From contig OX597815.1 of assembly GCA_951406725.2 (NCBI GenBank), positions 97,216,001-97,280,000 of the forward strand: a stretch of 64,000 nucleotides of DNA, written 5' to 3'. This document shows, in pieces, positions 1 through 15,852 of the stretch. Under the pieces are notes generated by a model that saw only the letters and a program-made list of their open reading frames with translations, was not told where the DNA came from and made no database searches. The first letter of the stretch is position 1; each line of letters opens with the position of its first letter. This DNA is from Octopus vulgaris. Lineage: Eukaryota. The position numbers and the translations under genes were made by a program.

Positions 1-599
1 TATTATTTCTTTAATTTATCCTTAATATTTTTTTAAACCTTAACCCAAGAAAAAAAGTATGTTTTTGCGTGATGTTTTGGTACATGCATATAGTATATAT
101 GTATCTAAGTATGTGTATATATATATATATATATATATAACACATACATAGATACATATATACGACATGCATATACCACGACATCATGCACAAACATACA
201 TTATATATATATATCGCACTTCGCTCATTCCACTCTTCGTTCTTTCGTTCCGTCTCCCTCACATTTCCTGGCCTTTTCTTCATGCTCACTTTCCCTCCTC
301 TTTCACTTCGCTCTATCCCTTTTATTTTTTTTTTTCGCCCCTCCTCAATTCTTCTATCCCTTCTAACCTTTCTCTTTTCTCTCCCCACGTCACAGATGTT
401 CAGCAAAGCCTGACCTTTCTTTCTTGGTTAGACTAACACCCATGCAACATTCATATTCGTCCCCGTTCCTGTCAAATTACATGTCCCTGCCGTAAGGAAC
501 ATGTGATTCCACACACGCCCGCTTTAATTTAATTCGTCCTTAAGCGAAAAGCACCTGTTGTTATGCTCTGTTATTTGTATTTGTATTTGTATAACATTT

Positions 600-835
600 C
601 TACTTTTTCTTTTCGTCCTTGTTTTCGTATACATTCGCTGATTTCTTCCAAGGAATCTAATGCTCTTAGCTTAGTTTTTCCTTGGGGCTGGCTAGATGGG
701 AGCCATCTCGTGTATAACTAGCCGAAATTGCAAATATAATCTGGAACTCGACTGAGCATAGAAAACGCCGAATGACCCGTCCATGTTTTCTTTATATCGT
801 CCGTCTGGATGTTTTGTTGTCCCTTTTTGTATTAC
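600..835. repeat. Interspersed repeat; an antisense partial copy lies at ~44225-44360
   Basis: agccgaaattgc...cgaatgacccgtcc (720-782) matches ggacgggtcattcg...aatttcggct (44290-44352) in reverse complement. Confidence 0.55.
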
Positions 836-859
836 ACACACACAGACACATACTCACAA

Positions 860-897
<38 letters not shown>

Positions 898-1649
898 GTG
901 TCTATTCAGTTATCTCACACTCTCTCGATTTGCTTTTATTCTATTTCTCGACGCCATCTAATGTGTAAACATTTTTAGCTTTTACGTTCTTTTAAGATCA
1001 CAACTCTGACGAAGCTGTAAATATTTTTTAACACATTACAAAACCTTTAAACTACGAATTGTAGGTATTTGACAAGTTTCAGAAAAACTGTTATTTCTTT
1101 CCATCTCATCACCACTTCTATAATCACAACAACCCTGGAAGAACCACCAGTTATCAATGACTGTGTTATTTGAATGTAATCCAATATATTGATTTAATGC
1201 TTCGTAAATTCCAAGACTACTCAGACTAATGTCCTGAGATTTTTCACTAACATTTGTAATTCATGGTTAGTTTTGATGCTCTTGTGAATTGCTATGCGTT
1301 TAAGAAGTATTGATTTTTAGTCTTTCACATTATTACTACAAGGCCACGAATTTGTAGGAGAGAATTGTAGTCAATTCAAATGATTCTATTATATGATTGA
1401 CACTAATTTTATATCTAGAGCCCACCCAACTAACAAAAAAACAAAAGAAAAGAAAGTAAACTAAACCACACCGAGAATTGAAGGAGCCAGAAAAATAAAT
1501 CTGGGAAAGTAGATTCTGTAAAGTAGTAACAAAGGTAATGTAGCATTTTAAGTTTTATGTCTTTTAGTTGACTTTCTCACTAGAATTTATTTCGTTTTAA
1601 ATTTTGTATGAAATCATTACAGATAATCATATGCAAACGCATCAAAGTA

Positions 1650-1650
<1 letters not shown>

Positions 1651-1689
<39 letters not shown>

Positions 1690-1777
1690 GCACACACACA
1701 AACACACAAACAAACAGCTTTTATATACACAAATTTCTCTCTCTCCTTCCTTTTCTCTTTCTCTTCCGTTCTCTCTT

Positions 1778-1814
<37 letters not shown>

Positions 1815-1954
1815 ATGCGTGTGTGTGTGAGTGCGTGTGTGTGTGATTGTGTGTGTGTGTATGTATGAGTGCGTGTGTGTGAGTGTGTGTGTGTATACAT
1901 ATACATATATATGGTATATTCGGTTAAGAACGTAGTGCAGCACAGTATAAAGTG

Positions 1955-2047
<93 letters not shown>

Positions 2048-2101
2048 CGAGAGAGAGAGAGAGAGACAGAGAGAAAGAAAGAAAGAAAGAAAGAAAGAAT
2101 G

Positions 2102-2130
<29 letters not shown>
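1651..2130. repeat. Compound microsatellite block (CA, TA, TG, GA, GAAA)
   Basis: Direct inspection. Confidence 0.95.
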
Positions 2131-2132
<2 letters not shown>

Positions 2133-2359
2133 TAATTCTGTATATACATATTTCTTTATATATATTTATGTATAAACATAATTATCCCTAGTAGCTAACC
2201 GTGAACTATATAACTTTTTCAGCTAATTGAACTTTCACAACCTTCTACGACGATAAACCACCATTATTCCTGCAATTGTTATTGACACATTCTATGGAGT
2301 GGTAGAAGCTGACTAACTTCCTACACTTGGCTCCTTGTATCTTCCTTTTACAAATTGTG

Positions 2360-2418
<59 letters not shown>

Positions 2419-3856
2419 TAGACTCACACACATATATATATGTGTTTGTATATATGAATGTATGTGTATGTCTATATATACACACATAAACACACGCACA
2501 TATGTATTTATGTGTTTTTAATATGGAAGGCCTTCTTTTTAAAGAATAATCTGATAAAATATTACATAATATTGTTAATTTTTTAAAGATACAAATGTAC
2601 ATCCAAGCAGAAGCTGTCATCCTCCAGTACCCTCCACTCCATGACGTTGTGCATCATGCATCATCTCATAGAGGTTGAAGGCCTTAACCAGCATTTTCCT
2701 GCTTCGTTACTTCGATCCTGATTATGTAAATAACTTATTTCATCTCCGCTGAATTTTGAACTTAATTCGCAAAGTCTAAGCAGTTATTGCTACGGTATTT
2801 TATCGACCGTATTCAATCGAGAAATATTAAAATGACAATAAGATTAGCAATATGTCAACTCTTTCACTAAATAATAAATTTCTTTAATTATATATATTCA
2901 TAAACCATCGATTTCGAAAGTACTTGAGAACGCACAAAACAATTCCAGCCTGTCTTCATTGCCGCAAAGTATTATGGTTATCCTCTTCTTGGCAACCATC
3001 CCAAACCACCTGCAAATCTCTTCGAATGTTATCCAGCAGCCCGAAGGAGCAGTCCTTCTGTTCCAGTTTCAATTTGCGAAATGTACCGAATTTAAAGGAG
3101 TATAAATGAAACGCGTATGAACGGTAATATGTTACTGATATTTTGATTCTGGAAAAAAAGAAGACATTAGTGAGATGCGAACGGGCATCATTTTTATTCT
3201 TACTTTCATTGAGAATCTCTTCACGAACACAGACTCGAATAATTATTCTCAGCACTGTAAATAAGCTAATAGACTTTGCAGTGACGACTTTCGTGAATGT
3301 TGTTCATAATTTTTCACTGCATTTTCTGTAATTTTCCTATCGAGTGATCGTCTTAAAAATTCATCATTCTCACTCGATATCTGACGTTCAATTAAATGCG
3401 CGAGTCGCAGAAAAACCAGCACAAGAATGATTTCGCGCGGTAGAGGCCTAACAAAACTGATAAAAGAAAAGCTCATTAGTCTGTTTTAACAATACTCGTG
3501 TGAGAGCGAGAACGAGAGAAAAAGAGAAAGTGGGACAGACAGAGAAGGAGAGAGTGTATATGTGTGTGAGTATATCGAAAATGGAGACGAGTACCAACAC
3601 ACTAATATGGCAGGCTTGATAATTTTAAAGATATTCCACATGCATGAAAGCATTGGTAGCCTTGTTAACCCACAAGGAAAAAAATATTTATCAGGTAATC
3701 TTGTATAGATCACTTATTCTCATATATGCATGCGTATTTGTGTGAATATTTTCTAATAGTACGCTTACTCTTTTGATATTTTCGAGTAGACCTGAGTCCA
3801 TAATCCTATTATTTAATTCTTATTTTAATTCAGATAATAACACACACACACACACA

Positions 3857-3901
<45 letters not shown>

Positions 3902-5642
3902 GTTCGCTCACTCACTCGCTCTCTCTCTCTGTTTTTGTATGGACCTGCTTAAAGGAGATTCGACAGCTCATTGAATATCATAGGTACTTTTTGATTGGTA
4001 TGTGTATTTTGTATGTAGATGGTATCTCTGAAAGAAATGTTATGTTTTACAGAACGAGAAAATTTGGATTCACTTGTTGAACTTCCCTGTTTGTGCGTTG
4101 TGTTCAGGCGTGTTTAAATGTCAATTATTTTGGAAACTTTAGATCAAATAAAAAGGAAGATTTTATGTATTGAGATAAACCTATATAATTGTTTTAATTC
4201 CTTCATTTTGGTAAAGCTTACCTGTTTTCTATCTCATCAAAAAGACAAATGATTGGTAAAAATCATAGAAACGACAATCTAATACTTCTGCTTACTTAAA
4301 TAAGAAAGGGCACTTTGGAAGATATAGTTCTAGATATACACAAATATTTTATGATAAGGGATGGAATTTTGATCATAAATCTGCTCAATTGATATTTGTT
4401 AAACAACGCTACATTTTATTTTGGTTTCTTAATACCAAAATTTTCGATTGCCATAACTAAATGTAAGAAAAGAAAATTATAAAAATAATTACAGGATTTC
4501 TGTGCTTACCGAACATAAAATGGCTGGTTTAGTATTTTCTCCAATCATATCATACTGTTTCAAATTCATTCTATCTCATAGATATTCAACATACCATAAT
4601 TTCAATATCTATTGATTATCGTTACCCTCTTTTTATCCTGTTTCCTCTTCCTACCCTTATTTATATCCTTCCTCACTTTCAAGAACTGTTGTTCATATCT
4701 CAGACACATATACATACAAGAATATAAAACTAGATGTCATTCATGCCAAACCGTGATTTGTGGTACTATGATTACACACAAGAATAAGAATACAAAAGCA
4801 GCAAAAAAAAATACTAATATGTTCCTGCCTTAGACCAGATAACATTAATAGCTTCGTGAAATATTCTTTTTTACTAAGTCGCAAAAATAGGCCGTAAATC
4901 TTAAGCACGGATTCACATAGAGATTTTTTATTTTTATTTTTATATTTCGTTTTTGTCCAACAGAAACAACCAATCGTTTGTCAATAAATTAAAAAAGCTA
5001 TAAAAGTAATCAATAGTCAATCATTCATGTTATCGATTTCTCTGCGGAACTTGGGTTTATTGTACTTTTAAAGGAGTAATAATTGTTTTTACATAAGTCT
5101 TTTTATCAACAGCTCACCATCTTGAGCTTCATCTAAGTTGACAAAAATAGCTTTTACAAGTTATTGGCTTGAATAATTGGATGCCATTCATTTCCTATAA
5201 TTTTTCATCGTCTGTCATTGGCTGATTGTGCATGTTGAAAATAAACTTGGCTTTTTTCAAGTTTGGACGACTCGTATTGCAAGATATATTTTATAAACTT
5301 AGGGTCGCATCATCATGAAACATGGTATATTGTGTAAACAGAATTTTGTTGGCAAATAAATTATGTGGTTGTTACTAAATAACTAACTTTTGGTATATAT
5401 CCATGTATACATACATACATCTATATATATATATATGTTTGCATGTATAAAAGTATGTTTGTATGTATGTATATATATATTCATGTATATGCATGTATAT
5501 ATATATATATAAATATATATATATATGTATGTTCCTCATTAAGTGACAATTATATATATGCGAAGACAATCAAACTTATCCAGTTTGTTTTCTTGTTGAA
5601 TCTAACACACACCCTCATATACACACGTGTAGACAAATATAC

Positions 5643-5719
<77 letters not shown>

Positions 5720-6898
5720 GTATATATGTATGTATATATAAATATATATGTATATATATGTATATATGTATATCCGTGTGTATATATGTATATATATATA
5801 TCATATTATGTCACATAACATTAGAAAAGAGGTTTTACATCGAGAGGAAATTTGACAAAGATTTTATAAATTCATGGAACGAAAATAGAGATGACAGAGA
5901 CTTCGGAAATTTTCTCAAAGTCTAAGTGAAATCATATCTGTAGTATGCGTATTGAATGTATTGTCCGCATTGAAATATATATAAACCATTTATACTGTAC
6001 TGGATCACTCAACTTTAAATATATAAACATTATTTTCTTAATGTAATTTGTACATTTGCAAGGTGATTTTCTTTCTTCAAATATGAGCGTAATTTACAAT
6101 CTGCCAAACTATATAACGTAATGCCTTTAGCCTTATCCTGAAGATTTTATAGGCAGCTTTGTATATTATATACCAGTTCATATGAATCTATACAATCATT
6201 ATGCATCATGTGAATGGTAAAATTGACAATAGTTATATTAACTCTACTTGTATAAATTCACTATTAGCGTAATATATAATCATGATATTTAATGAATTTA
6301 TTGGTTCTGATATGGAAGAATAATAACTGTGCTGTTTAGTTTCAAATATTTATATACTGTAAACATACGTCTTCAGAATCTACTTCCCAGAATCGATCAT
6401 GGTTTATTATAGTAATATACTGTGTCTTGTTTTATATTTCCCTGCTTATACGTTGTGGTTGTTTGCTTATAATTGAAATCTCATTACAATGAGATTATGC
6501 GTCATTCTTCTCTGTTGCATCTTGTATTTACAGGCGTTTCTCACTTGTATATCCTCTCTTTTTTTTTAAACATTATCTGTTTTCTATTATCAACCTTAAA
6601 TGCGTAATTTTAATTAAACTTTATTGCATCAACATTAAATCCTTTTATTTAACAATGTATATTCCGAATTCGAATTTCGTACCTTCTAGGATTCAGAAAA
6701 TTGAAGAACAAATCAAACCAATCAACGTCTGGTGTACACATAAATATTTCATTAAATTTATATATGATGTTAATACTTCACAATTAGGGATACATATAAA
6801 AATTGTAATGCCACTAAAAAAGATTTGTATCACCATTATAATTGTAAGAAGCACTTCAGTCCATGATTCAATACTTATCTATTTTTATTTTTAACAAA

Positions 6899-8164
6899 AC
6901 GAGATATTTTCAAAATGTTCGCGGACTAGTTATGCTTAATACAGAACTAACTTACTTACCTAAGTTTTCACATCATCTCCTTCGAAATACTCAACTTGCT
7001 CAGCCAAACACCGGTCTCAACATTCCTGCAAATCCGGCGTGGATGTCGTTTTCCCAATAAGTGAGTTGAGGACTTTTTATGATTCGCTCTGGATCTCGAC
7101 AGCTGTCTTAAAACGACGACCTTTGAGCAGCATTTTCATCTTGAGCAACAGATAGAACTCCACAGGTGCGGAAACGATGCGATGTCGTTTTTGTCGAAAA
7201 TCTCACGGCTAAGAAGAGCTCGGTAACAGGATGCATTGTAGTCGTGGAGAATCAAATTCTTCGCGCTTTACAGATCCGGTCACTCCCTCCGAAATTCTTC
7301 CCTCAAAAGCTTCAAAACGTCACAGTAGAACTCTCGATTGGTGGTCAGGATCTGGGGGTGAATTCTCGATGTACAAAAGCACGGATGCCGAAAAGAAAAA
7401 GATGAGCTCGCTCTTGATTGAGCTGCGGCTTTGTCGTGCAATTTTCGGTCTTGAAGATGAAAGGCTCTTGCCTTTTGACGACTGCTGCTTCGTTTTAGTG
7501 TCGTAACCGTAGACACAATACTCGTCACAATTGATGCTTCTCGGTAAGAAGGATGGATCATCAGCGCCACGCTGTCCGCGTTTGCGCGTTCTTTCAGCAG
7601 ACAAAGGCCAAACTTTGGCAGAGACACGCCGCATATTCAAATTAGACGTCAGGATTGCCTGCACAGATCCATACGATGAACGGATGACATCAGCAATGTT
7701 GTTAATTGCCCCCCGACAATTCTCATACACAAGCTGATTACGTTTCTCCACATTTCCCTGGTTGACGCTTGTGGAAGATCTTGCAGACCGCTCATCGTCT
7801 TCCAGAAACGTTCTTCCGCTTTTAAAACGCCTGCGCCACTCGAAATGTTGCATACGACTCATTGCCTCGCCACTGTATTCTTGCCGAATCAGACTCAATA
7901 TTTCTGTAGCAGATTTACTAAGTTTAACGGAAAATTGTACGTTGGCTCTTTGTTCTAATTCCCTGTCTATGACGAAATCGCAGACTACTGCATACACGTG
8001 ATCACAAAATAGAAATTTCACAACATGGGAAGTAAACAAAGCGATGTCACTCGGTACACTGCCTTATTAAGGTCACTACTAGATCTTCTTGCACACGCAA
8101 TAGCTTTCTGTCATCTGTTGGTACGCAAAAGAACTAGTCCTAGAACTTATTGATAACACCTTAT
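6899..8164 (-). mobile_element. Full-length but inactivated mariner (Tc1/mariner) DNA transposon, ~1.27 kb
   Basis: Degenerate TIRs: acgagatattttcaaaatgttcgcggactagtt (6899-6931) versus the reverse complement of 8132-8164. Minus-strand transposase motifs include EQRANVQFSVKLSKSATE, FEWRRRFKSGRTFLEDDERS, RRVSAK, DEYCVYGYDTKTKQQSS and NREFYCDVLKLLRE, with frameshifts and stops. Confidence 0.88.
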
Positions 8165-9689
8165 TTATTTTCACGCCAAACTGCAGGTGTTGCTTTAGTA
8201 GTGTGATATATCAGTGAGTGACATTTTAATGGTATTAACGCTTCATCAGAAGGACTGTATTCGAAACAGTAATAGTATAGCAACCGTTTTATCAGGTATT
8301 TCACTAAGGATATGAAATAATTGATATAGTGTGTGAGATATACTACACTACAATATTCTGTTTACATTTTACAAGTATTTACGCGTGCTGCTATACTTTT
8401 AAATATACTTGAAAGCAAAAGAAACAGAATCCATAAAAGCAGATGTTTGAATAGATTATCGAAATACCTCCAAGCTTAGAGTATGGTTTCGTACATCTTC
8501 TGCTTATTAGTGGAAAAGAGGAGATAAATAATTATACGAATCCACTATTTTGCAGGAAGAAGGGAAATTTCGTTGACAGAGCGATATGAAGGATGAAACA
8601 AACTCTTGAAATATCCTCTTATTTATCTAAGTATCTGATAGTATGAATATTTATTTTCATACCTAATATGGTATACTGTGTTGTTCCAAGCAATGTCTAA
8701 ATACACAAAACTTCATATAATTCAAATGAGAGAATATTGCTACATTCTCTGTATCTCATACAACATATATGTTTTCTCAAAATATTTATCTCATTGAAGA
8801 TACTTGTGTTATACAGTGTTTAATTACGATGTCTACTCACAACACCAATGAGATTCGGTTTCTGATCATTTATGGTAATGATCTGTATTTGTACACTACT
8901 AATTCAGAACTATTTATAAATAATATATTATCTCATTCCATACGTTCAAATAGTTATCCACCTCAACAAATTTCTATATATCACTTACAATACTTCATAA
9001 CCATTTCCTCGAAAAAGGCTGCTGTTGACATAGTTATTTGAACAGTCTCATATATTCGCCACTTGATTAGCTTCCGTGTTATGAAGTAGACCAGAACACC
9101 ATTGTTGGTTTCTAATTCAATGAATGTTACTATGTTGTAGAAATGTCTATTCGGTAGAATGTAAAAATGTTACTAAACTTTTATGAACTTTCATGGACTG
9201 GCTGCTTAGATATTTGTAAATGCTAATGAATGATGAAAACAATGAATATTGGGCAACGTACTGTAATATATGTGCAACTCAATCATTTGTAAATTATGAC
9301 AAATTATATATTATTTATATGATTAGAGATTAATTTCAGTCCTTGCTAGTTTGCGAATCTGCCGGAGGACAGTTACATAACTGCATGATTAATTTCATTT
9401 ATTGTTCGAAAACATTCAATAGACTGGGAATGATTTGGATATATAATTACTTAACCAAGCCAGTTACATAAAAAGATATAATTGCTTACAAGCTGATAAC
9501 GACTGTAAACTAACGAAATATTTCACCCTCTAGACATTATCAATACAAAACTCGTGTTTATACATTTGTTTCTCTAAAGCGAAGTAAAAAACTTACATTC
9601 CACAAAGTGGATTTGTAATTTTATAAACATAACGTAAAATTTACTCGTCTAGGTATTTATCTCTCTCCTCCCCCATCTCTCTCTCTATG

Positions 9690-9723
<34 letters not shown>

Positions 9724-9759
9724 TAGAGAAAGAGAGAGAGAGTGAGTGAGAGAGAGAGA

Positions 9760-12660
9760 GGCCTACCTAAGGGTCAACGTAGAGAATCTGGTGTTGGGTT
9801 TCCTCTCAAAAATACATTAGTATCCTCCAATGCAGAGCTTCCAAGTGGTATATCTGAAGAGATTATGTCATGCTGTATTAAACTGACAAAAGGTAGGTTT
9901 CTTACCGTTGTCAGTATTTATGCACCAACAATGTCCCATTCTAATGAAAATGTAGGACAGTTTTATGATGATCTAGCACTTATGTGATGATTGGGGAAAG
10001 TACCAATTTCTGACAAGCTAGACATATTAGGAGATTTCAATGTAAGAGTTGGAAAGGACTATGTTTCATGGCCTGTTTTAGGTCGACATGGGATTGGTAA
10101 ATGTAATAAAGATGGAATAGGTATTTTGATGTTTTGTACTGAGAATATTGTGGGTGTCACCAACACTCAGTTAAGGTAGAAAAATAAATATAAAACCACC
10201 TGGATGCACACAAGATCTAAGCACTGGCATCTCATATATTATATTCTGATCAAAAAACGTCATATGGGAGGGTCAGAGAGAGACTGATTTCATCTAGTGT
10301 GTGGGAAAATAGATTTTTCAATAATGCCTAACAATCGAGTCTGGTCCTAAGGTACCCAAAAAGTTAAATGTTGTAAAAATTATCGGGCAACTTGCAAAGA
10401 TTCCATGATGCTATAGAAAGTAACAATCTTGACCCAAATAATCTATGGGAAGATTTCAAAACAAAAGTATTTCTGCCTTGAAATATGACGGTGACAAAAT
10501 GTTTGAACTCTTGAATATCTTAATTTTCCACTGTTGGAGAACTGAGAAAATGCCTGAAGACTGGATTGATGCCATTTTAGTCTCCTTGTATAAATCGGGG
10601 TCAAAGGATCTGTGTGGTAATTTTCGTGGCATTTTGCTTTTGTCTGTGGTGGGATAGGTATTTGCCCGAAATTTGTTAGAACGTTTAAATAGCTTCATAG
10701 TTCCAAATATAGTGTTTGAGTCTCAGTGTGGTTTTCGTTCCTCCAGCTGATTGTATCTTTACTGTCAGAGAATTAGAAGAAAAGTGCATTGAACAGAATA
10801 ATACTCTCTACCACTGCGTTGTTGATTTGAGCAAAGCATTCGATACTGTTAATAGAAATGCGCTATGACTAATTCTAACGAAACTAGATCGCCCAGAAAA
10901 ATTTGTAAAAATGATCGGGGCTTTGCATCAAGGTATGGTAGCTAGAGTAAACTGTCGTGTTAGGATCCCTGAAACTTTTGCCGAAGAAAATGGAGTAAAG
11001 CAAGGAGACCTTGATGCACCCACCCTCTTTGCAATATATTGGGTTGTCCGGAAAGTTCTTACCGATTTTTAAAAGCAAGGAAAAAGGTCATTACATTTTT
11101 AATTAACCAATATGAACCATATGAACCATGTTGCACAATGCGTCTCCATCTTTTCGTTAATTTAAAAATAACCTCTTCCCAGAATTGAGGTGGTTCCATG
11201 GCAAATAATTCAGCAAGGTATCTTTTTTACGTTATCCAAGGAATTGAAAATTTTACCATTAAGACTATTCTGCAGAGACCTGAATAAATGGGAAATCCGA
11301 AGGAGCAATATCTGGTGAATATGGAGGGTGGGAAAACACATCTCAGCCGAGCTGCAGCATTTTTTGTCTGGTTCCCAAAGCATGAATTGCAGAAAATGAA
11401 TTTTCTTATTTTCTATTTTAAAGGGTTACAGAATTAACATAGGTTATAGGAACATAAACCTTCTTCCACGAAAAGTTAGCTTAAACTGTGCGCTAAATGG
11501 AGGTGTAGTCAAATCCTATTTTATGGACTCAACCATGTTCTAAAATAAGCCGAAAGCTAATCTACTATAAATCGGCACGAACTTTCCGAACAACCCAAAA
11601 CTTTCTTCTTGTGTTGTCATGTGCTTTTCAAAACTCCGAGGAGGTTATTTACATAACATATCGAACAGCCTGAAATTCAAAACGAAGATTTTTACTTTAC
11701 TCATTAGAAAACTTTTGTACGCTGACGATTGCGATCTTGTCAGTCATTCTGAAACAGTTCTGCAATCTCTTGTATCTGCATTTGACTCGGCTTGTGATGA
11801 TTTTGGCTTCATCATCAACTTGAAAAAAAAAACAGTTGTATTGCACCAACCTGCGTTTGGTGCTGTTTGTAACCTCACGAAAATTTTTGTTAAGTGTATG
11901 TTACGTGAGGTTGTCGATTCATTCGACTATCTTGGAATCTCTGTTCAAAATTATAGAAATATCGATACAGAAATTCAAAGGGCAGCAAAAGCATTCAATG
12001 GCTTGGAGTCACGCGTTTGGTGCCAGCGACATATAAATAAGAATACTAGGCTAGCTCTTTACAAATCATTTGTCTTACCATTCCTGTTGTATTGCTGTGA
12101 AACATGGACTTGTTATGAAAGGTATTTTAAAGTGTTAGGACAATTCCACAAACAATGCCTTCATCGCATTTTAAAAATAAAATGGATTTCTTTTACTCCA
12201 AATACAGATGTCCTTGCATCTGCATGCATCACCTCAATGCTATGATTTTTAGGAACCAAATAAGATGGCCGATGAACGCATGCCGAAACAGCTGTTTTAT
12301 GGTGAGCGTGCAGAGGGGAAACACTATCGACGTAAAGCTAAAAAAAGGTTTTAGATGGCATAAAGTCACTTGGACTGCATCCAAAAACATAGAAACCTTT
12401 GCTTCGAATCGTGTTGGATGGCGAACAAAAGTGTGGAGTGGAGCGAAACCATTTGAAGAGGCCAGGATAACGCAAATAAGATTCAAAGGAGATCTAAGGA
12501 AGAACGTTACGATCGAGAAGATGAATGACAATGACCTTTTTGTGTGCACAGTTTGTGATAGATCATGCCTGTATTTTGCTGGGCTCAAATCTCATCTGCG
12601 AACCCATAGAAAACCAAACTCCACCAACCAGGTGGTCAAACTCTGCATAAGGAGTAGACA
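9760..12660 (+). mobile_element. Degenerate RTE-clade (BovB-like) LINE: APE endonuclease, reverse transcriptase and C-terminal C2H2 finger; internally deleted and interrupted by a mariner
   Basis: Endonuclease motifs RRESGVGF, VSIYAPT, LGDFNVRVG and GRHGIGKCN. RT motifs CGNFRGILLLSVVG, SQCGFR, DLSKAFD, GVKQG and LLYADD (YADD at 11718-11729). C-terminal CTVCDRSC...SHLRTH. Many stops and frameshifts. Confidence 0.88.
11039..11598 (-). mobile_element. Internally deleted non-autonomous mariner nested in the RTE reverse transcriptase
   Basis: TIRs ttgggttgtccggaaagttcttaccgattt and aaatcggcacgaactttccgaacaacccaa. TA target at 11037-11038; the right-hand copy reads AA. Minus-strand HPPYSPDIAPSDF at 11293-11330. 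Removing the insert restores the RT reading LFAIY|FLLVL. Confidence 0.88.
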
Positions 12661-12669
12661 ACCACCCCA

Positions 12670-12704
<35 letters not shown>

Positions 12705-13729
12705 TGTATGTATATAATACACACGCGCGCACACGCATAAACACACAAACACATAAGAAATAGACATAATGACATTTTAATTAGTAGATACTTTACGGAT
12801 GTGTCGGATTTCTTTTTTATTCTTTTGTTCAAGTCTCATTGTTGAGGAATGTCAAAGAATGAGTATTACAATATCGTTACTACATACAAAACCACTGTCT
12901 GCATTTAGAATATGGAAAAGCAATTTTTTTTTAAATAGCATCTGTCAATATTATACAGTATGTTGCGTAGACGAATTTCTTATGTTTGTTTCTTTGAGAA
13001 TGAGATATTAATGCACTACATTGTAACATTTATTATTTATAAGAATTCAATTTCACACTGAAAGTTTAAAAGCAAAACAATATAATGATTCTTAGCATTG
13101 GACGCATAAGAAACAATAAATGCGCATAATCATTAAAAAATTGTTGGTATATTTATAATTCATGCACGTTTCTTCGCAAGCGCGCAAGAAAAGAATTTAC
13201 ATAAAACATTATGTATCAGTATATTTAATTTGAGAGAATTTATTACATATCATTTGAGACAGTTCCTCATTTTTTCTCGCAAATTTGTATTTCGGTTTGT
13301 TGCATAAAAGAAGAATGTTCTAATGTTGAATTGAAATACACCATGGACATTTAACCTAACATCATAGCGTTTTTTCATTTAATTTTTATTTTCCGTGATT
13401 GGGCATTTTTTCTACTTCCATTTATATATGCGTTCAAATGTCTTGCAGGCTTAATTTACCATTTAAAATTCCAACACTCATGGAATTACGTACAGTGTAC
13501 TGAGTTAAACTCATTGAAATAAAATTATATATATAACACATTAGTACAAACGGAATGTCACAGAGGTAATCAAAATATATATTGAAAATATTATTCATTT
13601 TAATTTACAGCCTTAGGCATACTTATAGTCTAATCGATGAGAAAGGTGTCACCATCTTATGAAGTATAAATGCTGTACTTTCAAAGAATAATTGCACTTA
13701 TAAATAATAAAGAACAATCGATAATTTTT

Positions 13730-14742
13730 CAAATTTGGTAGAAGACAAGTTTAATTTAAAAGAAATCTGATTCATTCAGCTTCGGTACGTTACTTATATT
13801 CAATTTTGCATTCTTAAATTTTGAAAATTATTGTCTAACCTTGTTGAATTTGAACCCAGGGCCTAAAAAAACGGTATTACGTGTCGCAAGGCATTTTCTA
13901 CAAAGATTTAGCAATACTTTTTATTAATAAAATAATACCAGTACTTGATTAGTACTGTACGTTATGTGGCACGGAAGAACGAAAGATGTGATATTTGAAA
14001 TTAGTACGTAAGCATATAACTAAACACTCAAATATCGTTTGTTGATAAATTGTGTCGGGCAAAACAGCATTGTCAATACAAACTATCTTTGTGTGACGTT
14101 CTATAACATTCGCATACAGTCGCACATTGTGCGAGAAAATAAAATCGAGTAAAACAAACTTTGATATGGAAAAACTTTTATTTTTGTAAAACTCTAAATG
14201 ATGACGGCAGAATTGAAATTGTAGTATGCGAATTCAAGTGCTGCGTATTTATATCCTGAAAACGTGTTCCAAGGCAAGGATAATTTTACCAGACCATTAG
14301 CTTCGTATAACAATAATATTACTATCAAATTTTTGCACGGAGGCAGCATTTTTTAGGAGCGGAGATATTCGCGAAGAACCCAGTACTCAAATAGTGCTTA
14401 TTTTCTCGACCTCGAAAGGTTTAAAGGTAGAGGTAATGGTAATTTCAGCGTCGCGGAAATGATTCTGATAGTTCACCTCCTTTACTGGTTTCAATTTTTG
14501 ACATAAAGTAAATCAGTTTGAGGGAGGGTATACACCGATTACATCGATCTCATTTTTCAGTTGGTATATGTTTCATCGACCCCGAAGGAAGGAAAGTTGG
14601 CCTCAGAGCCGAAGGAAATGCCACCAAGCATTCAATACGATACGCTAACGGTTCTGTCAAAATAACAATAATAACAATAGTAATTTTAATAATAATAACA
14701 ATAATTATAATAATAATGATAATGATAATGATGATGATGATG

Positions 14743-14823
<81 letters not shown>

Positions 14824-15040
14824 CTACTTATTTCTACTATATGCACAAGGCCTGAACTTTCAAAGGAAGGGGCTTGTCGGTTACATGGATCCCAGCGCTT
14901 GACTGGTATTTATTTTCGTGACACAGAAAGGTTGAATGAAAAAGTTGTCGTCCGCAGAATTCGGACTCAAAATGTGAAGTGGTGGTGAAAATACTGTGAA
15001 GCATTTGGTTATACGTACTAACCATTTTACTAGCTAGCCA
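13730..15040 (-). mobile_element. Cluster of several decayed antisense SINE family B copies separated by (TAA)n
   Basis: Recurring reverse-complement core: ttcatcgaccccgaaggaaggaaag (~14572), ttctcgacctcgaaagg (~14402), gactggtatttattttcgtgacacagaaagg (~14900) and gaatttgaacccag (~13846). Confidence 0.55.
14660..14821. repeat. (TAA)n/(TGA)n microsatellite
   Basis: Direct inspection. Confidence 0.95.
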
Positions 15041-15089
15041 CATTATAAACATCAGCAGCAGCCGCAGGGTAACAATGGCAATAACTCCA

Positions 15090-15091
15090 GC

Positions 15092-15187
<96 letters not shown>

Positions 15188-15240
15188 ACTACTACTACTG
15201 CTACTACTACTACTACTACTAATAATAATAATAATAATAA
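15090..15240. repeat. Compound trinucleotide repeat (CCA)(CTA)(CTG)(CTA)(TAA)
   Basis: Direct inspection. Confidence 0.95.

Positions 15241-15852
<612 letters not shown>

Noticed and set aside
2956-3255. 99-aa minus-strand ORF, faintly like a Tc1 transposase C-terminus
   Set aside because: No catalytic motif or TIR found; the similarity is too weak to call.
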